64,000 nt of DNA from assembly GCF_022045235.1 (NCBI RefSeq), contig NW_027266341.1:2604001-2668000 (forward strand), given 5' to 3'. Below the pieces are notes generated by a model that saw only the letters and a program-made list of their open reading frames with translations, was not told the origin of the DNA and searched no databases. Positions within the stretch are counted from its first letter, which is position 1. The number at the start of each line of letters is the position of its first letter. The stretch is from Haliotis cracherodii. Its lineage: Eukaryota. A program made the position numbers and the translations under genes. Below, piece after piece: positions 1-14,400 of this stretch.

Positions 1-1451
1 AGTCATTTGTGAATGAAACATACACTCTTCCCCATTGTGTTATGGTACTTAGAACAAACCATAATAATATAAATAATGAGAGTTACACACACGACTTTTG
101 TATGATAGTCGTCATTGGCTAGTGTAACCATCGAGGAAATGGAGGGTATTAAAGCTGATGTTGCATGCTTAATTTCTAAGACAGCTATACCACCGAAAAA
201 GTGCGGATATCATATAACATCCATATACTTTATAACGTAATCGCACAAATCCAAACTGCAGTACACAAATTGGGGTAAGGCCTATCAGGAAAAACACACC
301 GCTTCCTCCTGGTGTTAGGTAAACGTTATGATGTTATGATTATAAATGATAAAGGCATAGGCTATTGGAGTACGTTATCAGATTGAGGTACGTGTATGTT
401 TAAAACTCACCTTGAAGGGATGTACACCACAGCATGATGTGATTTGAGAACTAGTATACTTCCCTGTCACAATAGCAATACTTAACAACACCTCTACTAA
501 ATGCTTGTAGTATACAACTTACTCGCTGTACATAGTTGTATGCCTTAGGCATGCCAAAAACCTATTTAAAGTGGGTTCGAATCTGAGTGTGGTTTTAGTT
601 GTATCAGTACATACACCTCTTCGTGGGCTTCACAATGTGGTAAACGTCTGAGACTTGCACCCCGTCGAGCTTTCCTTCATACCAAGCCGTGATATTGCTG
701 AAAGTCTGTACAATTTGGGTGTCACCAAACCCACTCACTTAATCAATGCAACTTACATACATTGTAGAGTGTGAATGTGTCTTCTTATTCCTTATTCAAA
801 TGTGTGGATAGTTATACACGTAATGTCAATGTTGTTTACAGGTGTGGTTTGTGTTTAACTGAATAGGAAACTAGTAAAGAACTTACATCACGTATGCGAT
901 TGTTTGTTCATGATTTACCTATGATATTGATAATCACTTTGCAACAATACAGTCCAATATTTTTTCGGGCGATCGCGCGTATGAACTATAATGCGCGTGA
1001 TACGCGTTGTCCATCAGATTGAAAGCTGCAGGACATATTTGTGCCTCTCTCACTGGTGTCACACTGGCTATGTACAATGATGCATTCATGTACATAAACA
1101 GTGTTGGAATGTTTTACACATTAAGTACATAAGCAACTATATATGATTATTTTATAATGTGAAATTAATGTTTCTTCCTTACATTGGGTCAATACTGGAT
1201 TCTGATTGGCCAATCAGATGTATAAAATCCAAATAACCACCTCTGATTGAAGCAGCTGATTTCACGACGGTATCACCAGGGACGATGTACAAACATTTTT
1301 CTCATTCATTGGTGACAGGCACTTTTAAATGACTAGATATATAGATAGATATATTGCAGATTTGGGGTAACTGTTAATTCAAAGTATATGTTATAATACG
1401 TTTTGTGCGGCCTCAGACGATTGGTATCCATCCCATCTTCTTCGATGGTGC

Positions 1452-1830
1452 TGTAGTATTCACACAATGTCTTTGTTGTATTCAACAATGTCTGTGTTGT
1501 ATTCACACAATGCCTGTGTAGTATTCACACAATGCCTGTGTAGTACTCACACACTGTCTGTGTAGTACTCACACAATGTCTGTGTGGTATTCACACAATG
1601 TCTGTGTTGTATTCACACAATGCCTGTGTAGTATTCACACGATGTCTGTGTTGTATTCACACGATGTCTGTGTAGTACTCACACAATGTCTGTGTAGTAC
1701 TCACACAATGCCTGTGTAGTATTCACACAATGTCTGTGTGGTATTCACACAATGTCTGTGTAGTGCTCACACAATGTCTGTGTAGTACTCACACAATTGC
1801 TGTGTTGTATTCACACAATGTCTGTGTTGA
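1452..1830 (+). repeat. 22-bp minisatellite (TGTAGTATTCACACAATGTCTG), about 17 copies
   Basis: Period read directly, e.g. attcacacaa at 1501 and 1523. Confidence 0.95.
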
Positions 1831-3030
1831 CAGACACACATTCTTTATTTCCTCCAATAATTGAAGAGTACACGCTAATTGTTTATTCGGTTGAATACCA
1901 CTTAGGTTGTGACATTGTGATTGCTACGAAACTGAACCTGAAACTGAAATACAGATCTTTCTCTATGTTAATGAGTATAAATGTAATTAAATAAACAATA
2001 TATGTGTATACATGTATATATGTGAGCCTGCATCAATTGTGTTGGCATCCATTGCCATGGTCTACATGGTTTCGCCATGGCATTTCAACATGTCGACAAT
2101 ATCTGACATAAAGCGAGAAGAATTGCAACTTTTAACAGAAACTGTGGATGTGTAATCAGGATTCCCAACATTCCGTAGCGATGAAAGTAGTCCGTTTTGG
2201 TGGGCGTGGTTTAATATTTTTACATTCATTGGGGAATGAAAGCAATATCGCGTGACCAATTAAGCTACTCAGATCTCACGTATTACAAAGAACACAACGA
2301 ACATTTAATTATAATACATCATGTGTATAAAGAAATATAAATGCATCGAATCAAACGACTCTCATAGCCAAAGTCATTTGGGCTAATCTCCTCATCACAT
2401 GATCCTCATCTAACGCCTTCACATTGTGTTATAATGCATATGTCCAAAGTGAAATAGGGATGATATTAACATTGATAAAAGTAAACGTATTCTGGTCGGC
2501 TCGGATTCAGTATACTGTGGGGTATTCATGTTAAACTGTGACATGGTATCTCAGTGAGCTAGCACTATAATTAGTCCGGACTAGTACAAGCAGTCCACAC
2601 ACGTTGATGAACGTTGCTATATAAATGCAATAATCTTGCACGCGACGTTAAACCCAATTTCATCTCACCTTAAGAACAAATCAATATATATTACAAAACA
2701 AAAAAAATGGTGTAGTTTGGGTCGGACAAATCCCAATGTAAAACGAGTCTGTCAAGCCGAAATACAAACATGGAATCATATGCTAATATTACAAAGACAT
2801 AAGCTGACATGACGACATGAAGACACATGAATGTCTCGTGTACATGTCAATAATCCATGTACATGTATGTGAGGTTATATCGTTCATACACTGTATGTCA
2901 ATCGATTGGAAGAAATGCTTGACCTGTTTCAATCGTTTTTCTCAGCTTGGATAAATTCCTTGTCGGCAATATCAAACGTCACATTAAAGTGTGAGTGAGT
3001 GAGTTAACTGATTAGGTCGCATCAGCAGAG

Positions 3031-3361
3031 TTATGCAATCTTGCCCAATTCACTATATTCACTAATCATATCACGTGATGTGCTGTCAAGTGTTTCATAC
3101 GTCTGTGGTTCTGTTGGCTCGGATATATCTCGATCTGTCATTTCAGCAACTTCAGCAGCTGCCCCACCCTCCAGATCTGGCTTCTCTGTGGTAAGTGTGC
3201 AATATGTCTCTCCTGGTCCCTGGATTTCACGCGACATGACGCTGAGGCCATCGTATGTTCGGTCTTCAAGTTCAGTTTCGTCGTTGTTTCGTGATTGTTT
3301 TGTTTGAACCTTTGACAGATGACTTTTGAGATCATGTGAATGAGATTCCTGCAGTTATGAT
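3031..3361 (-). CDS. Gene 1 last exon: cytoplasmic tail with YDGL, YCTL, YETL and YSEL, preceded by an in-frame TAA
   Basis: Acceptor tattttcag|A TCA TAA CTG CAG GAA... is in the same frame as ORF 3031..3237. Homologous to the gene 2 tail. Confidence 0.75.
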
Positions 3362-6300
3362 CTGAAAATAGGGATATATGAAACATCAGGAATAAAATCT
3401 TTACGTTACTTCATGGCTCTAAAAACCAATCCATATGATGAGTAGCAAATAGTTTTATTACATTACTTGCTATGTTTTTTGAAAAACATGATATCATCAC
3501 GTGTACTGGAAGTGTAATCAATTGTTCAATTTGATTGGGCCAGAGATTAAGTACCTTTGTCTCCTTCTCCAGCAAACAACACCGACGGCAGCCCCTGCTG
3601 CTACCAAGATAACAATTGCTGTCACTGCATGTATAAGTATTTCCTCACCCCCGACTGGGTTGTTTTGCTGAGGTGAAGATGCTGGAAAAAAAGTTATACT
3701 TGTTATGTGGTGATGACAAATTGGTCAATGGAAACTAATATACTGTGTTATCACACATTTGAATATGATCACTTTTGCAGATACTATTTTTTCTTTTGAT
3801 TGAAGATCAATCATATCTGTCACAACACTTATATTCTTAATGCCTGTCTTATATTCAATCTCTTTGTGAACGGTTGCAGCAGGTAATCCCTTCTTGAAGA
3901 CACCTTCCGAACCTTCTGACGCATTTCAATCATCACATTTAGAAGATCAATTAAGTTTGTATTCAGCGTCGATGTTTTGAACGTGGATGTGTGAAAAGTA
4001 TTTGTGATGAGCCAAATAGTTTCAGCGGGTTGAAAGAGCGAATTCACTATTAAAGATCATGTACCCAAACCATAATTGTCACCATTATACTTACACCACT
4101 CCACAGAGACGCAATACAACAACGAAGGCAGATACCCGGAAAGCTTAATTCAAACTGACATCCCCAGTGAAAATGACGCGACCTTTGTAATGTATGTATG
4201 ACGCCATGAAGGTCTACAGATGGAAAACCTAGCATTTTGACAAGATGGACATGACGTGAAAGTACGTGAAAGAGTATCGCCAAAAGCCATGCCATGTTGA
4301 TGTTACTTAATTTTGCAATACACTCTCAATATTGAGATATATTGACACACTTGCTGTAAATAATGTGTGAACTGGACTATTTAGCAACGTTGATGAAAAT
4401 AAGATCAGTATTTGAAGTCATGAAACGGACGGGTTTGCGTAAGAGGTGAATCTAAATAAATATCCATTTTTATCAGTATTTCGATCAACATAGAAAACAC
4501 TACTGTCCGGTCAGAATACGTCATTATAAAATGTCAAGGTAGAATATTGTGGAAGCCCTTTTACTTGTTGTTTTATTGCAATTTAGAGGTCCCGTGGAAA
4601 AGAAATTTTAGCTAGTAACATATATGTTCCCTTCTGTTTTACTCCAAGATTTACGTGTATCACATCCACTGTACCTCCATACCAGTTGGCACCCCGGCAC
4701 GGTGACGTTACATCGCGACATGCACGGGTCGTTCTAGCTTCAGAATCTACTCATTGCCAGTAAATCTAAAGAAATATGTTCTGTTCCAAAATTTGCAAAG
4801 CGCTTTGAACAGCATGGTTGAGAGACTAAGGATCACTGTCATACAGACTCCAACTTTCATTTCGTTCATAGTACATGAACGTTACAGTTGATTGACAGAA
4901 TAAAACTTGACTCATGTTTTCAAGAATCTAGGTTTACGTATAATATGTATATAAATACATTTCAAATGTACCGTGAAGTGATTGCTAAGCTGCTTACTTT
5001 ATAACGTTCTATAATGCATTATTTCAGCAATGAACACAAACAATGGTTGTTATTGTAATAGCCAGATTTACCAATACATCATAAAACCAAGATACGCTCA
5101 CCCTAAACTGAAGATACCTAATACGTGTGTTTATGAACCTGACAGTTGGTACCTGCAATCTGTGATGCTGACCTTTACGCCGGGGTCGCATGTATCCTTC
5201 AACACAGCCAGAGAAACACTCACCTGAACATTTGTTACACATCCTCGATGCTTGAGAATATGTATGGTCATCATGGCTATCCAAAAATATGTCCTTATTA
5301 AAGCAAAGGTGTTTGTACCTGTACAGTCCGCCCCTGTCCACCCTGTCTCACACCAGGTGTCACAGCGCCCTGTTGAGTTACAGGAAGAGTTCCCCTCACA
5401 GTGTCTGGAGGCACAGGTCTTGATACAATCAGGCCCGTAGTGCTGGCTGTCACAGGCTAATAACATAAAAGCAAATCACTTGTTCAACAATCAGGAGATA
5501 AATACTTCATTTTGTGTGATGTGATGTGGCTGTTCCAAGTGCCTCTTTACTATCTGAAATATGTTTCAAGTAGCACAATACAAGTTTGTTATATACCTGT
5601 AGATTCAGGTTGTGTCCGACCTGCCTTACATCCACATAGTGTACTGTTGTGTTACAGGATGGGTTCCCATACAATGTCTGGAGATACAGGTCTTGATACA
5701 ATTATCTCCGTAATGTTGACTGTGTACTATCGATATGCACTGCATTCATCACTACAGACCGACTCCTCTTGGAATTGGCTTACAGAATCATACCTGTACA
5801 GTCGTCCAGTGTCCACCCTGTCTGACATCCCCTGTCACAATGCCCAGTTGTGTTACAGGAAGAGTGTCCCACACAGTGTCTGGAGGCACATGTCTTGACA
5901 CAGTTTGTCCCATAACGATGAGGTTCACAAGCTGCAACATGAACAAATATGAACACAATCATTATTTTGAATTGACATCTTTATTTTTTTTATTAAAATT
6001 AAATAATGCACTAATTGATTGACAGTTTCTCTCAGTACATAGCAAGCTGCAATTCTGTCCATACATGTAGGTCCCAGGGTAACAGTCTGTAAAATTAAAG
6101 TGATATCGTCATATGTGCAAAGTTGGATCTTGATTGACCTAAGATGTACATCCCGAAGGTGACGTGTGTGCATATGTACACAAACTACACGTTCATCTTT
6201 CTGTACACAGTAATCTACGTGACAATGCAACGTTTAAACATGTGTATCTGTCTATTTATACAGAAGAGTGATGATGGTGTACCTTGTTTACAGTCCACCC

Positions 6301-8419
6301 TTGTCCACCCAGGAAGACATCCAGTGTCACATGACCCTGTATGCCGGTCACATGACGACGGAGCAGCAGCACATTTTCCACATGTCTCGTTACAGTTGAC
6401 GCCATAACGGTCCTTATCACACGCTAGAAATGAAAGGTGTGTTGATCAGAATCATTCGGAACATGAGGTAAATGGTTATCATTATACATTTATTATTAAG
6501 ACATAGGTATTCAAGTTTACATCATTTTTTTCATACAAGAAATATATTCATATTACAGCAATAATGTTGTTAGTTCCTTACCAGTAGAACAGTTTTGTCC
6601 TTGCCACCCTGGTCTACAGTCACCAGCACAGATCCCACTGAATCTGTCACAGGGCCTGTCAGAACAATGGCAGAAATGGTTGCAAAGTTCGCCAAAGGTT
6701 CCGTGACTGCAGACTAAAAACAGCATTGGCGTTGTTCATGTCTCTGCCTTAAACATTTGGTAGTTAAGAAATAAGAACTGTACGTTGACGTTTATTGTTG
6801 AAATTGCAGATGTTATTATGAATGTAAAGAGATCTGAAAGTCATAGATGTTTTCAATTTGATGAAACACATAAACCCTAGAATGCCGCTGACCATAATCA
6901 GGATGAATTATGCACAGTGAGCTGTGGAATATTGATCCAACTGACGACTCCTGGCATCAGGGCATCAAGAGCTTGAATACTAGTAATTCAAAGATCTTAT
7001 GCGTGTTACAAGTATTAGTCTATTTATGTAACATGGGTTCTTTCTACGAAGGAACAATGTCTATAGCAACACATCACAGATGGGCAAACGAAACTCAAAA
7101 TATCCTGTTGCATAACACTGCCTCCTGATTAAACAGTCATGGTGGAATGGCATATCTGATTCAAAGATAGATCAACAAAACAAACAAATGTTTATCAATA
7201 CCAAATATTTCCACCTCACACAGATTTAGTGTCTCTGTGCTGTGTGTGATGGTGAAGTATCTCCCTGTGCCGTCACACGTCACGTCGTATACGCTGTTGT
7301 CTGTTTCAGCTGTGTCAGAGGGGAAGGTGTAGCAGGTGACGCCGGGTGTGGAGCTGCTAGAGTTACTCAGGGAGAGGACGGCGGTTTGGAGTCTGTCAAT
7401 AGCTGAAATGGTGATCATTATAAGGCGACAAAAAATCATAAAACATATCTGATAAAAGTCGTTTGTGCGATTCCGACTATATCATAAGCATGTATGTAAG
7501 ACATAGTTGTCCCCTTTTAAGAAATTATGGTCTCAAATTATATATCCTGTGTATGATATGTTAATAAAAACTATGTGCCTTTCATATCTCATCAAAACTA
7601 GCAAAGTTTTTGTGATGATTTGAGTGATGGAGCATTTACATCAAACGAACACACACCAAGCATTTGTGAAAACTGTGATAGCATATTGTTGATACTATGT
7701 CTTGCATCCAGTTTACGTAGAATTCAGGAACGCCATAGCTTTGTGCGTAAATATAAATGGTCAATGCAAGAGAATAACCAGTTTAGATTACTGCTTAACA
7801 GATTCAATTTGGCGGAAAGGGCAAAATAACTGTATAAATAATGATTATATCAATGGAGCGCTGAAAATACGTGGTGACACTAAATGTTCAAAATGCATCG
7901 TACTCTGGTTCTTCCATTCCACAGAGGAGATTCTGAATCATCAATAAGAATATAGTAATTCTTTGAGGCAAATATTAAGGGAGACAGTTATTGTTTGACA
8001 AATGTGAATTCAAAGGGGAACTGGAACTGCAACCTGTAAATTTCGGGGTATTGTGTTCTTATTCCGTTTGACTTTAGTTATGAATAATGAAAATATGACA
8101 AGCGAGGGGACACAATATCCATGTAGGTGCTAATATTCAAATATACGCCCACTAACTAGGTTCCTATCAGAGTCTTCAGGATGGTGCAGAGTAATTCCCT
8201 GAAATGGAATAGTTCGTTAGCCTGTTTTAGGTAAGGTACTAACATATTAAAGGAATAACAAGCTGGTCGAATATTTCAGGTAATCCTTTTCCACAGGTAA
8301 TCCAGACATAATATTAAGACGGCGCCCGAAGTACAATGCATAAAGATGCCCTAAAAAGTCACTTTCTTGACTTTATTGATAAAGATTAGAGTTAAAATTA
8401 CCAACAAGGTTGTGTATAT

Positions 8420-8468
<49 letters not shown>

Positions 8469-11400
8469 CGTGCGTGTATATATTTTTTTCTGCTAAACAA
8501 ATATGACACCGTATACGCTAACTAAAGACACCATAACTAATAATATGTAGTAATTGTTGAAAATGATATTGACAAAAATACCAAATACGAAGTAGTCGCT
8601 TTATCATGCCATGAAGATGATCGAAATATTTGCAAACCAAACACCCACTCACCCAATTACCACATATGAAATCTACATTTGCTAAGATATCCTGATGCAG
8701 GTGTTATGAAATAGAGTATCTTCGTTGCATCTTGCATATATGGGTCTGGAGTTCTGTTCTGTAAATATGTTTACCTAAATATACATGTCAGTAAATGAAA
8801 CCTCTCTACAGTCCAAATATATCACATACATACATCCTGCCCGGTGGTTATTTTTGATCAGCATGAACTAACATGTTTTGTGACGCTTCCACCAATATCC
8901 CAAGAAATCAAATAACATTGTCCGAACTGATACATACAATACAATCGATTGTATATCCTGACGTCGTGTATCCTGTACGGCTGTCCCAGGTCCACGGTCC
9001 ACACACTCGGAGTCCGTTTAGCGTGGAAGCAGGAGAAGTGCAAATAATCCTGGTCCTGGTTCCCATCTACAACCTTGTCTGCAGACCACGAAGGTAAATA
9101 GAGTCCAGAAGGAGTTGTCGCTGATTTTCCTTTCGCAATGTTTTCTGTTTGGATATATATTTTCAAAGACATGTCACACAAAGACTTGACCTGACCAGAA
9201 TGGTTTATATTGTTCAGTAGGAGATGAATCTTTCTAGTGAGGCCCATGTTATGCATGATAAAGACAATGTTTATTCGGTTTGCCTGAGCTGATGTCTCGT
9301 TTTAATAATTTTGGACATATAACTATGATTAAAAGTGATCTTCATAGAAACGAATGTGACATGTCCCCATTTTGTGCGAGAAGCAGGATTTACGTATGCA
9401 AAGTTTCAACATTTAAATGTTTAAACGACCTAATATGAGGGAAAGTAAATGCTGAAACTTCGATGGAATTTGATCTTGATAGGTCCTGTAGGACAGCATG
9501 AAATATTCAGTTTCAAATTTTCTGGAATACGGAATTCTGTGATGACCCTCCGAACGTTATTGGATGGATTATAAAGATATATAACTACAGGTAACTTACT
9601 AAATGGTTCCGTAATGGGTAGGTGTGTCACAGTGAGTGAGTGAGTATGGTTTTACACCGATTATAGCAATGTTCAAGCAATATCACGACGGGGGACACCA
9701 GAAACGGTCTTCACAAATTGTACCCAATGCGGGATTCGACCCCGGGGCTTCGACGTGATGAGCGAACGCTTTAACCACAAGGCTACTCCGCCTCCCGGAT
9801 GTGTCACAATCTGATTGGATGCATCAATAGGATTCAAAGCCTGGGAATCTTCTCGACTTTCTATTGGTGCGAAATTTTAAATTGCGTTTGGCATTAATCA
9901 TAGAATTTCTTTGATTAAAAGTCAAACAAACGTCTTGGAGAGTGTATACAGCATTCTGTTAACCTTGAAGCTTCAGTTGTCATTCTCTGAATCTTAACTT
10001 CATCATAACGTCATGGCATACCAGGGTGACGACATGTATGTCTCACAGCTATTGGAGTACCAGTCGAAAGAGAACATTATGGAAATCAACGATAACTTTT
10101 ATATTTGCCGTGTTGATAAACATTATGTGCTTTCATATTTTAGGTGTCATTGAGGATCCAATGCACAGCAGTTGGAACATTTAAAACCTACTTTCATTAA
10201 AAAGTCTCAGGGAGCCATTATACTAACAAATGTAAATATATAACGTCAACTCCAGAGGCTAGCCTCGATCCTCCACCTGGCGCAAAAGGCAACACATCGG
10301 TGACAACTACACGAACGGATCGCTGAAAATTAGTGATGACACCAGGAGTTCAGGAAAAAGTGAAATCATGTCCTGCTCTACTCGTAGCACCTGCCACTCA
10401 AACAATTTGCATAAAATGTAAGTAAACTCACCAGAATCAAATATATTCTAGCTCATCTGAATCAAAACAGATTCTTTTCAATATTGGAAATGTCATTATC
10501 CATGTCTTGTGTTTATTGTGCATCACACGCAACGTTGATAATTCCACCTTATCGACTGAAAAGTAAATCTACCATATTAGTGTAATATGTCACCATAAGA
10601 GTACATGCAGTTATAAATGTCATGACGCAGAAATATGTATTGCGAAATTATGAAAGACAGTCAACTCTGAAATGAAATAGTCAGATATCAACAATTTAGC
10701 CAATTTTGGAGATTAGGTTGAATCAGTCATATTTCAATATGTATTATATTCATATTCATACTAACCGAAGAAGGCTGTTATTATATTCGTGTACGTGATA
10801 GTGAGTGAGCGAGTAATAATGATGTTGCGCCGCTTTAAGAAGTATTCATTCTCACAATTAGGGGGACCTCATAAATGGGTTTCAGACATTGCACTTACCC
10901 GGGCCTTCAACGTTACGGGCCAACATTGTACCAACAACAGGCAATCCGACTGCCGTCAATATATTTATGCCTAAACACAGCTAAAGTAATAAAGTTTGGG
11001 GATTAACGTCGCATGTAAGATTATTGCACTTATACAATAACGTGTATGCACGTGCGTGTGTGTCTGATTGTACTATTCCGGACAAATGCCGATTTTATAG
11101 TGCTGGCCCAATGAGATACAATGTCGGCAGTTTAACATACCTTAATTCAGACACAGTATACTAACTCCGAGCCGACCAGTTCTTGTTTTAGCCCCTTAAT
11201 GACCAGCACCAGACAGGGGGACAACAAGTACCATCTTTTAACGTCTTTTGGTATGACGAGGACGGGGATCCAACTCCGCACCTTTCGCTCTCCGGGCGGA
11301 GGCTCTACCATTAAATCACGGAGGCGGTACTAATGAAGCAGAATGTTTTAAAATAGGTATTGTAAGTATGTGGCTGGTCATAGAGAATAAGGGCACTTTC

Positions 11401-14400
11401 TGTTTTTGTTTCCAAATCAATTTCATTTTAAATCACACCTTTCTGGCAGTTAGATCCATTTCCTCCCATCCAACCAGACTCACAGCCACCTCCACAAACT
11501 CCTGTTGTCTGGTCACAGGAGTCTCCACAGTGACAGGAGTAGAAGCAGGAGTCTCCGAACTTTCCTGTTGGACAGGAGCCTGTAAAACATACTCAGTGGT
11601 GAAATACATCAAATATTGACAGCAGCAGATGCATACATTTGCAATGAAATTCACAAATATCTTCCAATCAGCACTTGAATAGAGAATTTAAAACTATCTG
11701 CATTACAACCATGCACACACTCGCAGGCAGGCACACATATTCTCTAAAAAAAGGAAACGCAAAGCCAGATTAGTATGAGGTACGAGGAACCGTACAAGGT
11801 ATTGAGCCACAATATTATGGAGAGAACACTTGGTGATTGTAGTCATCTCAGTTATCGGTACATAGAAAAAGTCCAAGGTTAAGGTCGGCTACCATCAATA
11901 ACTCATTTTAACTTAATTCAACGATTTTATAGCGATATTGAAATAGTCCGCCCATGGGCGAGTAAAAGGTTTGGCCAATGGGCAAGAATATTTTCCATTA
12001 CACAAAACTTATGTGTTTGTTTCGCAAATATATTTTAATGCATTCCTTCACGTATCATGACACAAAATTTAACTCATTTTAACTTAATTCAACGATTTTA
12101 TAGCGATATTGAAATATTTCGCCCATGGGAGAGAAAAAGGCTTGGCCAATTGACCTGCCCATGGGCGAAGTTTGGCCCATGGGCAAGAATATTTTCCTTT
12201 ACTCAAAACTCATGTTTTTGTTTCGCAAACATTTAACTTGTATTCCATCAAGTATCATACACAAAATTTAACTCATTTTAACTTAATTCAACGATTTTAT
12301 AGCGATATTGAAATAGTTCGCCCATGGGCGAGAAAAAGGTTTGGCACATGGGCGAGAATATTTTCCATTACACAAAACTTATGTGTTTGTTTCGCAAATA
12401 TATTTAAATGCATTTCTTCACATATCATGACACAAAATTTAACTCATTTTAACTTAATTCAACGATTTTAGAGCGATATTGAAATATTTCGCCCATGGGC
12501 GAGAAAAAGGCTTGGCCCATGGGCGAGCATATTTTCCTTTGCTCAACAGTTTTAGTTTCGCAAATACATTAAGGGATTATAAGCATGACACATGATTCAA
12601 CTCATTTTAATTTAATTTAACTAATTTTTGGCGTTATAATATTTCGCCCATGTTTTCGTCAGTCCCTTTAAAGAATTAACTAATTGTTTACAAAGTATAT
12701 TGTATCATGAGCAACACACTTTGTATTATATCATTACATTACTATTTTAAAAGGGCCTTTGGTTGGATGTTTCCTTTGCAGAAGTTTTACAAATTTCCCC
12801 TTTTTTACATATTGCAACGATCTTTAATGAACCCGGCCTTATCTCTCAAAACGTTTTGACAGTTTATCATACAAATTCACGCGCGTGTACACCAATTCAT
12901 TGGCGTTATTTTTCAACGAAAATTAAAGTTTAGTTTGTTTCTTTTTCACTTCCCATTTTATGTCTCGTAAATACATCACACTGGGAAATTAAGTGACAAT
13001 AGATATGCAATATACAGGTACACGTTCGCGTTTTTTAATGGGAAAAAAACCGATTCGTCTTTCATTGCATAACGTCTAGCTGAATATCTCACATTCTAAC
13101 GAAATAGTTTTATGACCACGTGCCTCGGCACAAGCATGGTGCTGGAAGACAAGTTATACATGTACATCCCATATAGTGACTGATTTTCGCTATTGATACT
13201 CTAGATTCATTCATAATACCACAACATTTAAGTACTCCTTGAAACTTTACAATCACTTCAATATATACAATAGATTAAACGAGAACAAATGATATATTGC
13301 AGATTATTAACTCATTGTCTCTTTTATCAGCTGCTACGTTTGTATCGTTTGCATTGTACAAAGAAATATTGTGTCTGTCCTTTTGCAGATTTAGCCCCAA
13401 AATGTGCTCATTCGAATTAGGAACGAAAATAATTGCTTATCATGAGTATATATGATACAGTTAAAAGTTACTTATACACTGTAGATGTATTCACTTTAAA
13501 GTCGTATTGGCGAGCGAGTTATATGATCCAGGTTAATTGGAACGAAGTCTAGAAAGGATTATAAAGTTTTGTATTTGGTAATGTGTAGGTTTGTTAAATA
13601 TGATTTTTTAAAAATTCCTTTTATTCAAAATGTAAAACAAATAATTATGCGTTGAAAAATAGAGCTGACTTGATGCGAGATGTGGCGTTAGCCACCTGAG
13701 ATTGTCTGGTGGACACGGTTTAACCTTACTGTGCCCTCACCCTGGTTGTTGTTGTCGTTGTTATAAGGGATTGGGAGCTACAGCTCATTGCATTTTTGGT
13801 TACAGTCTGTCTCACTAAAGTGGACATGTGCAGGTGAACTCTGTTCAATTAGTATATGAAATGCCCCAATATATGAACTCAAGACAATAATAACCTGAGA
13901 GTAAATCAACGTGCGTCTGCCTTTCCCCTCGTTCACCTGAAATTCAGTGACAATGTTGCTGAACAGTTGAATCTGATGGACGTATTGTGCATAACCTGTT
14001 TGACACTATTGGTTCCAGGACCACTAACACTGGGAAGAGTGGCACTCTGAGCTGAAAAAAGTTTGGTCCTAACCACCCCAACATCTACAAGTTTGTAAGC
14101 TTTTTGATATCTTTAAGAAGAAATTAACAGTCCCATGCTGAGACCTTTCTAAAAAATTCAGGCCGGTGGCAGGCTGCCAACAAAGAGAAGAAAATATCGC
14201 AACCTCGACACAAGTGTGCTCTGTCAAACGATGAACTTACGACCGGTGTCCCGGTATAAACTCTCCCCCGTACAAATTCTCCCCCCGGAAAGTTTATACC
14301 GGTACAGATTCTCCCCCGGAGAATCTGTTCTGAAATAAAATCACCCCCGGGCGGATATATTTCGCGCCCCCCTCAGTATAAAGTCTCCCCCCTGATTATT

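Noticed and set aside
1395-1455. Penelope-type hammerhead next to the 22-bp minisatellite
   Set aside because: The core is too degenerate, with no intact CTGANGA or GAAA on either strand.
4050-4740. Further EGF exons (Cys-containing stretches near 4100-4180 and 4655-4735)
   Set aside because: Cys spacing and splice sites are not convincing; at most very old remnants.
10432-10503. Additional leader exon with a GTGAGT donor in gene 1
   Set aside because: Stop codons in all three frames and no similarity to the 67-nt leaders.
12172-12471. ORFs within the foldback TIRs (also 20084..20543)
   Set aside because: Translations of TIR modules, mirrored on the opposite arm.
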